Source: Camelus ferus
Taxonomy: Eukaryota
Assembly: GCF_009834535.1 (NCBI RefSeq)
Contig: NC_045697.1
Coordinates: 23,748,001-23,812,000, forward strand
Direction: 5' to 3'
Length of the DNA stretch: 64,000 nt
Shown here: piece by piece, positions 1-12,469 of the stretch
Layout: each line of letters begins with the position of its first letter
How positions within the stretch are numbered: position 1 is the stretch's first letter
Program-made: the position numbers and the translations under genes
The notes under the pieces: generated by a model
Database searches by the model: none
Told to the model about the DNA's origin: nothing
Seen by the model: the letters and a program-made list of their open reading frames with translations, nothing else

Positions 1-270
1 GAAAAATAAGACAAGGTAAGAAAATAGAATGGAACATGGTGATACTTTATTTGGATTAGTGATCAGCGGATATTTCAAAGAACCTAAATTTGAGAAATTC
101 CAAATGTATAAGAGTGTGGGATATGTGGATATCTAAGGTGAGAACGCCAAACTGAGACAGTAGCAAGTGTCAGAAGTGTGAGAGATGTCAGCACAATCCC
201 CAAAAGGCCAATGTGGCTGTGGCAGACTGAGCAAGGCACAGAATGATAGGAAGTTAAGTTGGTGTGGAAC
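1..270 (-). mobile_element. L2 LINE fragment (ancient, approximate bounds)
   Basis: Purine-rich stretch resembling the reverse strand of the L2 3' region (GATCAGCGGATATTTC..., GGCCAATGTGGCTG...). Confidence 0.5.
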
Positions 271-867
271 CCAGGAACCTGGCTATGTGGCATCTAGTTC
301 TTCTCTGTATGACTTGTCCTCTAGTCATCCAGGCCCTACTCTGTAGGGGAGCTGATGATTATTATTGTTAGGTGAGAGGCTGTGCAATGTCTCTGGGTAG
401 CTGATAGGCAATGGGAAGACAATGTTGGTGATGGGTAGTGTTTTTCTGGTGGTTACCCAGCTTACTATGTTCAGAGTCCTCTGTTCTCAGCCTATAAGCC
501 TTGTGGATTCTCTGATTTAGTCTAGGGGTCAAGAAAATCCAATATACTAGTAACCAGTGGCTTTCTAACTCTAGTAGGTGAGAATTTGTTGTCCTGGTAT
601 CCAGCTGTGTCTTGGTATTCCCCTCCCCCAAACAGTGAAGAATTATGTCTCGATATCTAAGCTGAAGCACAACAGGTATAAAGAAAGAACTGGGACATGT
701 GCAGGTCAGGAGGGGAACCACGCTTCAGGGCACTTCTTAGGATTATGACAGAAACATTGCCATATATTTACATTTCTGGAAGAATACAGTGAAGCAACTG
801 ATTAAAGTCATCCCTAGTCAGTTTTATAGAGGCAAGAAGATGTACTTTTCACTGTATACCCATTTTT

Positions 868-2011
868 TTTAATTGAAGTATAGTTGATTTACAATATTAT
901 ATTATTTTTAGGTGTATAACGTAACAATTCAAAATTTTCATAGGTTATATTTCACTTAAAGTTATTACAAAATAATGGCTACATTTCCCTGTGCTGTACA
1001 ATCTATTCGTGTTGTTTTATTGATAGTAGTTTGTATCTCTTAATCCCATACCCCTATCTTGCTCTATCCCCCTTCCCTCTCCCTAATGGTAACTACTAGC
1101 TTGGTCTCTATATCTGTGAGCCTGTTTGTTTTTTATATACATTTATTTGTTTTATTTCTTTAGATTCCACATCTAAGTGATAACATATAGTATTTGTCTT
1201 TCTCTGACATTTCACTAAGCATAAAACTCCCTAGGTCCATCCCATTTTTGAGAATGGCAGAATCTCATTCTTCTTTATGGCTGAGTAACCTTCCATTGTG
1301 TGTATGCATATGTGTGTGTGTGTAACACATCTTCCTTACCTAATCATCTGTTGGTGAAAACTTAGCTTGCTTCTGTAATTGGCTATTATAAATAATGCTG
1401 TTATAAACATTGGGTATATGTATCTTTTTGAATTAGTGTTTTCATTTTCTTCTGATATATAGTCAGGACTGGAATTGCTGGACAGTATAGTAGTTCTGAT
1501 TTTCGTTTTTTGAGGAACCTCCATACTGTTCCAGTGGTTGCACCAATTTACATTCCCGCCAGTAGTGTACGAGGGTTCCCTTTTCTCTACGTCCTCACCA
1601 ACATTTGTTATTTGTAGATTTTTTGATGATAACCATTCTGACAGGTGTGAGGTAATATCTCATTATGATTTTGACCTGCATTTCCCTAATAATTACTGAT
1701 ATTGTACATTTTTTAATGTGCTTATTGGCCATCTGTATATTTTTTGGAAAAAATGTCTATTCAGGTCTTTTACCCATTTTTAAATTGGATATTTTTTTTG
1801 ATATTAAGATGCACGAGCTGTTTACATATTTTGTATTTTAACCCCCTATCAATCATATAATTTGCAAATGTTTTCTCCCATTCAGTAGGTTGTCTTTTCA
1901 TTTTGTCTATGGATTCCTTTGCTGTGCAAAAAAGTTTTAACTTTGATTAGGTCCCACTTGTTCATTTTTGCTTTTATTTTTCTGTTTTTCTGGATCTGCT
2001 TCCTAAGGCAT
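868..2011 (-). mobile_element. 5'-truncated L1 (L1MA-like 3' end, end of ORF2 plus 3'UTR) with TSD and a short 5' inversion
   Basis: Poly-T followed by AATTGAAGTATAGTTGATTTACAAT (L1 3' terminus, reverse strand). Typical ORF2-end motifs (TTTTTGAGGAACCTCCATACTGTT, CATTCTGACAGGTGTGAGGTAATATCTCATT). Flanked by TGTATACCCATTTTT (853-867) and TGCATACCTATTTTT (2012-2026). Confidence 0.92.
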
Positions 2012-2759
2012 TGCATACCTATTTTTATAGTTTGAAACTTTAAAAATAATTTCTATGTATTAATTTTATAACAAAAAAGCCCTCAAATTTAAAAAGTACT
2101 GATTAGATTCAATACTAAATATCACATTGAAAATGAAAGCAATCTAAATTGTTTGAGGTAAAAGTAAGAATATGTGTGTTTTAAGGCATATTGTGATGTG
2201 TCAAATAAGTAAAGTTAATTTTAAGCAGCTTAAATAGAAAATAGTAACACAGGGAAAAGAGCTTGCTAATATTTTGCGGAAAATATTTGTTAGGCCAGTT
2301 TACAAAGCACATTAAGAAAAACAAATCAAGATGGACCACATAACTTTCTTACAATTTTTTCATAAGAAGAGAAAATAATCTCTATTTTTTACTTTCCTTT
2401 ATAAAGCATGTCTATAAAGTAATCATATTATATATTATCAATTCTGTGAACTTAAATGTAACTGTTTGAATTATAAGCTTTATATTTAAAAAATAAGAAC
2501 AAGTTGGCAGAGACAAACATTTCTCAAAGTCCCTATGAGAAAACTTCTCTGTAGTAGGAAGGATCTATACAAACTGTTCACTTGTTCAACATGCTAAAGT
2601 GACCTATAAAAGTCTATATTCCTGATAGTAAAGTAATGAATTCATGGATGTACACATCCTACAATCATTTCAGCATACCCCCTTTCTGCTTGAAATTTCA
2701 TCTTCTCATCTCTAAAGGGCTTCATTCCTCACATATTCTTTTTACATTATCATCTTTAT

Positions 2760-3900
2760 TCTCCTCTGAATCCCTCTGAATAACATAAAACATGTCCTTT
2801 CCTCCAACAAACTGCTTGTTTGACCCCTACATTTACCACTAAATTTCCTGCCCTCTTCAGAGAAAATATTCTCAAAATAACTGTGGACTTTTTCTCCATG
2901 TTCTTTACTCCCTGAGTGCACTTCTCAAGGCTACTAATGATTTTTGCATAATCTGACAGTTTGTTTCTCCCATCACCTTGGAAGCCGACTGCTCTTGGCT
3001 TTCCTAAGACAACATTCTTCTGGTTTTTCTCCTCCTTAAAATGCTTCTCCTCCTCTGTTCACTTTGTCAGCTTCCTCTTCTTTGCTCAAATTCTAAATAC
3101 TGGAAAGCTTGTTCCTGGACCAGCTTCTCTTCTTTACTTTTATTCTGAGGTAATATAATCCTTTCTCATGGAGGTGAAGGCCATCTAAATCAATGGACAG
3201 ATCGAGTTCATACTAAATATCCCCTCAAACACTTGATATTTCCACTTAAGCTCTGCTAGGCACCTCAAACTTAACCAGAACCATTTTATTCTCCTCCAAT
3301 CTCTCTCTCTCCTAGGATAGGGGGCCAACTTCTGCCCAGTAGCACACACATACAAATATCACCTTGATTTTTCTTATTCCTTATACCCCCTCATTCTTCA
3401 TAGCCTCTCCAACAGTAAGATGGCTTTACCTCCAAAAAACAACCTAGCTCTTTGTATTTTCTCCATCCTTACTACTCATTTAAGTTACCCTCACCTCCCT
3501 ATCTCTAGGTGTCCCTTCTCAGTTGATTTTCCGCATGGGAGACATAGGAAACTTTAAGAAATGTAGAAGAGTATATGATTCTTCTCTAGTTAAAATCTCC
3601 TAAAGTTTTATCATGTATCATAGAATAAAATCTAAAATCCCTCCCTTAGCCTGTAAGATTCTACATGATCTGCCAGTTGCTTACTTCATCGACCTCATCT
3701 CGAACCCTTTTCTCCCTCATCACCTAATTCCTATTAGGTTGTCTTTCCTATTGTTCTGAAACCTACTGAATTGTTACTTCTTTGTAACATTTACCTTTAC
3801 CATACTGTTCTTTGCCTAAAAAACTCATTCTGAAACAGCCTAGAAAGCTGTTTGCACAGCTGATTACTCTTTTTATTTACTTAAAATGGCATTACCTTAC
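2760..3900 (+). mobile_element. L2 LINE fragment
   Basis: Pyrimidine-rich L2 motifs: CTTGGCTTTCCTAAGACAACATTCTTCTGGTTTTTCTCCT, AGGCACCTCAAACTTAAC, AGAATAAAATCTAAAATCCCT. Confidence 0.7.
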
Positions 3901-4869
3901 AACCCAATTTAAACCAGCTTCCCACACATACATCCAACTACCTACTCTTAAATTCAAGTCCTTATTGATAGATGGTCAAAGTCTATGATGAAAATTAGGA
4001 GACATGAGAAAGCTAATTTTTTACAAACTTAAAGATCTTGAGTCTTCCAGCATTGCAGCCTTTTTTTTTTTTTTTGCTCTTTTGTTTTCATCTTAGTATT
4101 ATCCTCTCTTTAAGGTTGACAAATTCTCTTTTTTCTTTCAATAATACCATGTTTAAGGGAAATTACAGCTTGACTTTCTTAAGTCCTAAAGAATGACCTG
4201 AATAGATACCCAACACACAGCAGGTATCTAATGATAAATTCTGATTCTGCATTCATGTCAAATTAGCTATGCTCCTCTTCATCTTGTCACACTCCAACTT
4301 CATATGAAGCAACAAAAAAATGGAGTGATGTTATGAAATAGGTGACTTCAGGTCATATTATGAATAAATACCTCTTAATTTCACCTTCTGCACATAGTTT
4401 TAAGAAAGTCGGTCATTCTCAAAGTACATGTTTTCTATAGAAGTTGGCATTTAATTTGGACATTATACTAACACATCTTCTTATGAGCTTGATAAAAAAA
4501 AATAGAATTTGCCTTTTTACTGTCCACCTCAGGTAACATTTAGGGCCGTAAGTGTGAAAATGAATGGACTAAAGTTAGGAAGTGACAGTCACACTAACCA
4601 AAATTCTGGTAACAGGCTTTTAAGAGATGTGCCTAGTGATTTACAAATACTGTAGCAAGTGGAAAATTCTAGGAAATGTATGCCATTCCTAATCTTCCCA
4701 ATCCCTACACACATGGTGTTGGTGGTAATGTCAGTCATAACGACTGCTTGTTCTCTGCATGTAGGGGTGACTCTGTGATACAGGGCTGGCCACTGTGGCA
4801 CACAAACCACTTTATCCATATTAGTGATTCATGCACACTATGAACAAAACACTCAGGCAAAGCCAGATA

Positions 4870-5020
4870 ATTCATAACACATACACACAAGCATATACAC
4901 AAACATACATGAATATGTGCATGTGTACATATGTGTATACACATTTATACTTATAATTACATATGCATGCACACATATTTGAACATGCAGGCATGCATGT
5001 GCACACACACACACACACAC
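4870..5020. repeat. Compound (CA/TA/TG) microsatellite ending in (CA)n
   Basis: Visible alternating purine-pyrimidine low-complexity tract. Confidence 0.85.
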
Positions 5021-5449
5021 ATTCTAGAAGAGAGAGGGAAGTTGCCAAATTGGCAAACAGAAAGAATCATGCATCTCTGGAGGTACTGGTCTCATCTTAG
5101 CATCAGGTGGAACAAGGCTGCTGGGAAGCAAAGTCAACATAGAAGCAGGCAGTCCTGGGAGACAGAAAGAACACTGAAATCATGAACATCCAACACCATT
5201 AATATTTCTCAGCCTCAGGCTCCACCTGTGTGGAAGGCAAACTACCTGCCCTCCCCTCCTGACCATCTCAGTCACGATTCAATGTATCAGCCACTCAAAA
5301 CACCTCTTCTTACTAGCATTTGTGCTTACATTCGTTTATTACTGTCAGCTAATTAAATTTCCTTTAAATGTTTGTCTTCAATAGTTAAAATAGGATTCTT
5401 ATAAATATAAAAAGACAGTTAATCTATGTTGAGAATATTCCATGTGCAG

Positions 5450-5630
5450 ACCTAGCTATGTACTATGTAGATCTGTCTCATAGAAACTTCATGTAACCAT
5501 GTGGTTACTGTCGTCTAAATTTACAAATGATGTAATTGAGGCTTAGAGAGTTAGAGACTCATGCCCAAGGTCAGAAAGCTTGTAAATGGTAATTCTCAGG
5601 TCCATGTGTCTCAGAAGTAAGTTAGACTAC
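5450..5630 (-). mobile_element. MIR SINE fragment
   Basis: ATTTACAAATGATGTAATTGAGGCTTAGAGAGTTAGAGACTCATGCCCAAGGTCAG matches the reverse MIR core. Confidence 0.75.
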
Positions 5631-6527
5631 CTCCTTGTAGTACATGAAAAGCATATTTGTACTATTAGGGAGAGATAATTACATATATCTTCACTTATCC
5701 AAAATATTTATAGTTAAGCAGAACTGATACTAACATCTAAAAGCCTTCCAGAATAAATTATCCTCAAATGAGTACATTAATGATTCAAATATAAAACCTG
5801 CTATAAAAGAAAGAAGACCAATTTGTAAACTATTTCAAAGGTAAGAACATCCTTCTTAATATAGAGGATATTAAACTTTAAAGCTCTCATTAAATATTTA
5901 AAAGTCATAAAGTTAAAAGAATTTCTTAACTATTTTAGCAAGTTGAAGAACTATCTTAGAGATAATTGGAGGAATCAAATAAAGTGAGAAATTACAAAGG
6001 GTTAAATAATTCATAAATAGAACAGAATTTTAGGAAAAAAGGCACATTTTAATAATGTATATATTTTAATGAATTGTGTGTCCTTTTAAAGTATATGAAA
6101 TTCATTCTAACAAAAATATTAAAATTATATCATTTCTCATGAGAAAAATTCTTGTGAAATTAGAAATGTACATACATAATAGATATCACTTAATTGCATC
6201 ATTTATGAAATGAAATTATATTGACATAAGATACTTTCATAAAACATATCAGCTATACCTATATTTTGTACAGGTATCAAACAATCTCTCACAAATGAGG
6301 GGAAGGATCATGAAGTCACCATGAGAAAGTAACCATACTGCTCTTTAAAATAATACCATTGTGTAAGAAACAGTTGCTACTTTGAAGAAAGAGACAGCTA
6401 TTTGGAAATGTAGTGGAATATCTCAGTTCCTAACATATATGTTTTTACCCCAGGAGTCAATATAGGAATATCAATTTCTTACAGAATCCCACAGTAAATA
6501 ATATTTAAATGTAAATAGCCAATTCCT

Positions 6528-8026
6528 GTTTAATAAATTATGTTGGGAAAACTGGATAAACACATGCAAAAGAATGAACTTGGCCCCCTGTCTTTCATCA
6601 TACACAAAAAATCAATTCAAAATGGATTAAAGACTTAAAGATAAGACCTGAAACCACAAGACTTCCAGAAAAATACACAGGGATTAAGCTTCTAGACATT
6701 TTCTTGCAATGATTTTATGAATTTGACACTAAAAACAAAGGCGACAGAAGCAAAAATAAACAAGTGGGATTATGTCAAACTAAAAAGCTTCTTTAAAGTA
6801 TAGGAAATCATCAACAAGATACAAAGGAAACCTATAGACTGGCAGAAAGTATTTCCAAATGATATCCAATAAGAGGTTAGTATCCAATATATATAAGGAA
6901 CTCATACAACTCAATAGTAAAAACATACACACACACAAAACAAACAAACCAAAAACAAAACAAAAAAACCCCGAAAACCTCAAAAAAATCCCCCCAAATA
7001 CACACACTACTCTGATTTTAAAAATGGGCAAAGAACCTAAATAGACATTTTTCCAAAGAAAACATACAAATGGCTAATAGATACGTGAAAAGATGCTCAA
7101 CATTACTAACCACCAGAGAAATGCTGATCAAATCCACAGTGAGATATTATCTAATGACTGTTAGGATGTCTATTATGAAAAAAATTAGAGACAACAAATG
7201 CTGGCAAGAACGTGGAGAAAAGGGAACGCTTTTTCACTGTTGGTGAGAATGTGAACTGGTACAGCCACATGGAAAACAGTATGGAAGCCCTTCAGGAAAT
7301 TAAAAATAGAACTACCATATGATCCAGCAATCCCAGTTCTAGGTAAATATCTCCATAAGAAATTAAATCACTATCTTGAAAAGCATCTGTCCTCCCATCT
7401 TCATTGCAGCATTATCCACAATAGCCAAGGTACAGAAACAACTTAAGCGCCCATGGAGAGATAGATGGATAAAGAAAATGTGATATATATATGTATATGC
7501 AATGGAGTATTATTCAGACATAAAAAAGGATTTCCTGCCATTTGCGACAACATAGACGGACCCTCAGGGCATTATGCTAATCAAAATAAGTCAGTGAAAG
7601 GTAATTGCTGTATGCTATCACTTATATGTAGAATCTTTAAAAAAAGAAAAAGAAAAAGAACACATAGAAACAGAGTAGGATGCTGTTTGCCAGGGTCTGG
7701 GATGTGGGGAATAGGGAGAGGTTGGTAAAAGGCTATAAAGTTTCAATTATAACTCTAAAGTCTAAGAATCTAATGTACTATGTGAAGTCTGCAGTTGATA
7801 ATACTGTATCATATAGTTGAAATTTGCTAAGAAAGTAGGACTTGTACTCTTACCAAAAAAAAAAAAAAAGGGGGAAATATGTGAGGTGACTGATGTGTTT
7901 ATGAACTGGATGGTGGGAATCCTTTCACAATGTATATATGTATCAAAAAATTCCCTTGTATACTCTAGATATATTACAATTTAGTTGTAAACTATACCTT
8001 AATAGAGGTGGAAAAATAAATAAAAA
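6528..8026 (+). mobile_element. 5'-truncated L1 (3' part of ORF2, 3'UTR and A-tail; L1MA/L1MB-like)
   Basis: TGTTGGGAAAACTGGATA..., ATCAATTCAAAATGGATTAAAGACTTAAA, AATAGAACTACCATATGATCCAGCAATCCCA, ending in ...GGAAAAATAAATAAAAA. ORF 6859-7044 (ISNKRLVSNIYKELIQLN) is an ORF2 remnant. Confidence 0.93.
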
Positions 8027-8169
8027 GCCATTCTCTTCTAGTTGCTGCTTCTTTTAAACAAAAGCATACACAGCAAGCAAGACTCAAGTACATTTCATTT
8101 ATATGAAAAAAGTGCTAAAGTTACATTAGGTAACCAAGGAGATACAGCAGTAGTAGCAGAAGTCAGCAA

Positions 8170-8400
8170 GCCCGTTCTTGAAGACTTCCCTCACCACTTC
8201 ACATAAAGGCTACCTTGGTCAAGTGACTTTACGTCTCTGTGCTTCAGTTTGCTCATTTATCAAGTAGAGATAGCAATAGTGCTTACAATAAAAGGGTGCT
8301 GTGAAGCTAAAATGATTAACAAATACATCATATGAAATAAATAGAAAGCTTTCAGCAAAGGACCTAGAACGTTGTTCTTGTTCAGTAAATATTTGTTATT
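8170..8400 (+). mobile_element. MIR SINE
   Basis: ACCTTGGTCAAGTGACTTTACGTCTCTGTGCTTCAGTTTGCTCATTTATCAAGT (MIR core) and a MIR-like 3' tail. Confidence 0.8.
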
Positions 8401-8699
8401 ACTCTCATTACAATTTAAGCAAGTGGATATGAAAGTGAACTAGAGAGTTAAGAAAATAAATGATTGTTACAAACTATATTTGAATTTCTTTAAACATTGA
8501 GAAGTATGTTTCCAATGTAGAAAATAATAGTGATTTTTTCTTCATTTCAGACAGTAAAATTCCACCTGTTTTTGAAGCTGATTGCCTATAATCTTGACTT
8601 CTATATATCATGATTCTAGAACTTACAGTGTGGTATTTTTAAACTCTCCCTCTCAAAATTGGAAAACAATGTAAAGAATCCTCTAAAAAAGTCAGAGTT

Positions 8700-9420
8700 C
8701 AGAGTCAGTGAAGGCACAGTGAAAAAAGTGGTCAACTCTATATAGAGAGCATACTGATTATATAATGTTGGAACAAGTCACAGTGTTAAGTGGAAATAAG
8801 ATACCTGAACAAGGTGGAGCACTGAAAACAAGTATCACTGAATTTGGCAATTAGAATGCCCATGGAACCTCAGTGAGACTAACTTCATAATGGCTCTAGG
8901 GACAATGGTAAGATTTTAAGCACAATGAGAAATAAATGGGAAAGGAAAGAAGTGGAAAAAAAATTGAGGCAGCTATTTTTTCTTTTTCTTTTTTTTGTAA
9001 TATTTGACAGTGAAAGGAAGGAAAGACATGATGCTGACTAGAGGGGAAGATGCTGACAGATTTGGGAAGATGGAATGGTTTATTTATTTAAGATCTTGAA
9101 AATGAGGAGAAAAAGTATATAATGGATGGTTACAGAGGTGACACCAAATAATGGCATCAAGAGTCCACATCTTGAACAGGAGCAGGGGTAGCTTATCTTT
9201 TGAGACTACAGGGGAAGAAATATGAATATTTGAGGATACAGGTAATGGAGAGCGTGAGTTCTAGAGATTTTTATGTTTGATGAGAAACTGCTTTTTCTGG
9301 AAAATTAGATGTGCTGTCATCTCCTGTGTGTAAAGGCAGCAGAGGTTATGGACAAAAGCTTGAGTTAAATGGCAATGATTAAAAATGGCTTATAAGCAAA
9401 ACAGGGCAGAAAATAAACCA
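8700..9420 (-). mobile_element. Old L2 LINE fragment
   Basis: Purine-rich, with CACTGAATTTGGCAATTAGAATGCCCATGGAACCTCAGTGAGA and other reverse L2-like motifs. Confidence 0.5.
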
Positions 9421-9439
9421 AGTAAAATAATTAGTAAAT

Positions 9440-9900
9440 CTATATTGACACTTGAAATATCCATGTCTTCCTTACCCTGAAATTCTATCTGCAAGTATTT
9501 GCTCTAAAGCAATAACCTGAAATATAGAAAAAAATCTGAATATATATTTATATGATATAAATCTTTCTTGAGAAAAATTAGAAATAATGTCAGTATCAAA
9601 AATAGAAAAATGACTATGAATTTTATGGATTGAGATATAATCATTAAAATTTCTTACAGTTTACAATGGTCTGGAAAAAATACTTTCTACAATAGTAAGT
9701 TTAGATAAGACTATCAGATGTGTGATATACACATCCTTAAAACATCAATAATAGAAGAAATATGTTAAAATGCCTTTAGGTAATGAGAATATATGCTTAT
9801 TTATAAGTTTATTCTATAATTTTACATATTAATTTTCTACATTTGTGTTTTTCATATTTTCTATACTGAAAATCAAGTACTATTGTAATAAGATTAAATA
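9440..9900 (+). mobile_element. Highly decayed L1ME-like 3' end
   Basis: CCTGAAATTCTATCTGCAAGTATTTGCTCTAAAGCAATAA and an AT-rich L1 3'UTR-like tail. Confidence 0.45.
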
Positions 9901-10164
9901 TACCTTATGTTGAATTTATCCAAATAACAGGAGGACCCAATAAATTGCAGAAACTTTAATTTGTTGAAGCAGGACAGTAAGCTCCAAATTTGTATGTTTA
10001 TTCACTTCTGAGGTTAGTACTTCACATATTCAAAGTCTCAATGTATCGTAAATTAAGGATTTGGGTGGAAAGTGAAAGAGAAAATCAAGTGGACCAAAAG
10101 GTTCATGGAACTGATCAAAGTAACACAGGTAGTTAACCATATCAAAGCTTGTTTTTAAAACTTG

Positions 10165-10320
10165 AATATGTACTGGACTGAATTCCTTAGGTATCTTTTA
10201 AAATGCAAAGTCAGTTCAGTGGGTTGGACTGAGACTGGAGATTCTGCATTTCTAACAAATCTTCACTTGATGCTGATGCTGCAGTCAAGTGTGGACCATA
10301 ATTTGAGTAACAAGGATCTA
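10165..10320. mobile_element. MER5A-like hAT-Charlie MITE
   Basis: TTCTGCATTTCTAACAAATCTTCACTTGATGCTGATGCTGC...GGACCATAATTTGAGTAACAAGG. Confidence 0.75.
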
Positions 10321-11689
10321 GCCTAGGTAAGAAATTAACTAGCAATTAATCAGGAATTAATCCTAAATCTTTATGAAAGAGTCATTTGGATGCTTGTATA
10401 TCACAGCAAGATAAAGTCAACAGCATAAAACTCAAAGAAAAAGTGTTCTTGAGTCAAGGTTGTAGAGTAATGGTTTGGAAGCAATCTTGAAGAGAGAGAG
10501 ACCTGTTTCCTCAAACTCAGAAGTAGTAACCTGAACATCTGGGCTAGTATAGCAAGCTGTGACATTTTCCTCTCTCTCTTTAATTTTAATTGATAAAAAC
10601 AAACATATTATCAGCAGATGATTACTAGTATAATGAATGTGCTATCTAAGAAGAGCGAAAAAGCAGTTAACTCTGCCCCATTAATCCTAGGCATAGATTT
10701 AACTGGGCCAGCGGAATGACAAAATAACTGGAAAAAAATCAAATTGTGATGGGTCACCTGCTGAAATCCTTAGAGGGATTTCTACAAGGCTCTTCATAGC
10801 TCAAATTCAACCTGTCTCTCTAACTGCATCTTTTGAAACCTCAACTACTTGCAGCCTTCAGATAAAAGCATTTGTACCTGCTGGAGATTCAAGACATGAA
10901 CTTTTACTTTCCCCTGCCTTTGTACGTGGGTTTTCCTCTTCCTGAAACATTTTTTCTCTTTTGCAACAATGTAAGTTCTATCCATCCCTTAATGGAGTTC
11001 TGAAATGCCATCTTTTATAGATGATAGCACAATGGATAAGGATTTGCACCTAGTTTGCATCAATCATCTTCCCCCAACGAGAATACCGCTACATCTAGAT
11101 GACTCATTCGATACCTTATGAACTAGCAGTTCCATTCTTGCACAAGGAAACTCAAAGTTTCCATAGAAGGATACACTCATAATAGTATTGTTTGTGCAGA
11201 AGAATGTTGAAGGCTATAGAGATGAAATAAACAAACAAAAATGTGCTAGAAACACACAAAGAAATAATCTGAATAGTCAAATTATATAATGAATTATATA
11301 TACCTACAACATTTTCTCCTGGATTTAGAAGGTACATAATCTATCTACATAATAAAGAGTAACATATATGTTCATCTTTACTGCTGAATGAATAAATAAG
11401 AAACAAACACTATCTATAACATAATGTCATATAAATTGAAACACATGAAAAACAGATTTTTCATTCAAGGACAAAAATATACACATTTGAGTGAGTACCT
11501 GTGATAAGAACAGGGAAGGCATGGAAATAATATATGTAATTTCTTTTTTAAAAATATATATGTAATTTCTAATGCACAAAATCTTATCATTATAAATTAT
11601 TTTCCCTCCATTCTTATTTCTCTCTCTCCTTCAATACCTTTTGTCTGGGTAGCATAGTTAATTAGTGAGATCAGTGTCTCTGAAAAGAT

Positions 11690-11860
11690 GATCTTCACAA
11701 TAATCATGTCACAGTCATCTGGAATACATGTCAGAAAAGCAGATAGCTAGACTGCCTTTCAGAAGTACTGAATTTGAATCTTTCCTAATAAAGCCTAGAA
11801 ATGTATCTTTTGAATAAGCAACCAGGTGTTACTTAGGAAAATATTTTTGGAAACCACCGA
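11690..11860. mobile_element. MER5-like hAT MITE (decayed)
   Basis: CAGTCATCTGGAATACATGTCAGAAAAGCAGAT...TACTGAATTTGAATCT...TTTGGAAACCACCG. Confidence 0.55.
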
Positions 11861-12344
11861 CTTAAACTATGGTGCAAATGAAATCAGACAGACACATGCA
11901 ATGGACGCAATTCGGCATGAGATGCAGTCAGTCATTTCTGCCACTGATTAAACCTTGCATAGAGTAATTACTCAATAAATATTTGTTTGAAGAATGAATG
12001 AATGAATGAATGGCATTACTTCATAGAGGACAGACTACAGTAATAAAGTCTACCATAAAAATATTTAAAATACAACAGTCAGATAACACTTTATACAATT
12101 ATATAAAGCTCTAAACTCGTTTATTAAATAATCAATACCAATAAATGTATTTATAATGAATAAATATATATACACATTTATATGTATATGAGACACTTTT
12201 CTACTTTATAACAAAGTAAGTTGACAGTGTGCATGATTCCAGAAGACTAATTGCTAGTATAATGGCATGCATTTTGTCTGATGCTTATATGCCTGAAATT
12301 TGCATTAGTTTTTTTTTTTAATACAACTTTTCTTAATATGATTG

Positions 12345-12420
12345 GTAGTCAATCTGGAGTAGATTTGAGCCAGTCTTTGGAACCATAATCTGCCCGTGAC
12401 TATATGGGTCAAATTCACTG
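12345..12420. repeat. Imperfect hairpin element, possibly MER135-like
   Basis: GTAGTCA (12345) pairs with TGACTAT (12397-12403), and GAGTAGATT pairs with AATCTGCCC. The right arm TGCCCGTGACTATATGGGTCAAATTC resembles the MER135/miR-224 arm as I recall it. Confidence 0.4.
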
Positions 12421-12469
12421 GGGAATTTATACTAGTTCAAGCAATTTGAAAATGTTCTTTCATTTGAAT

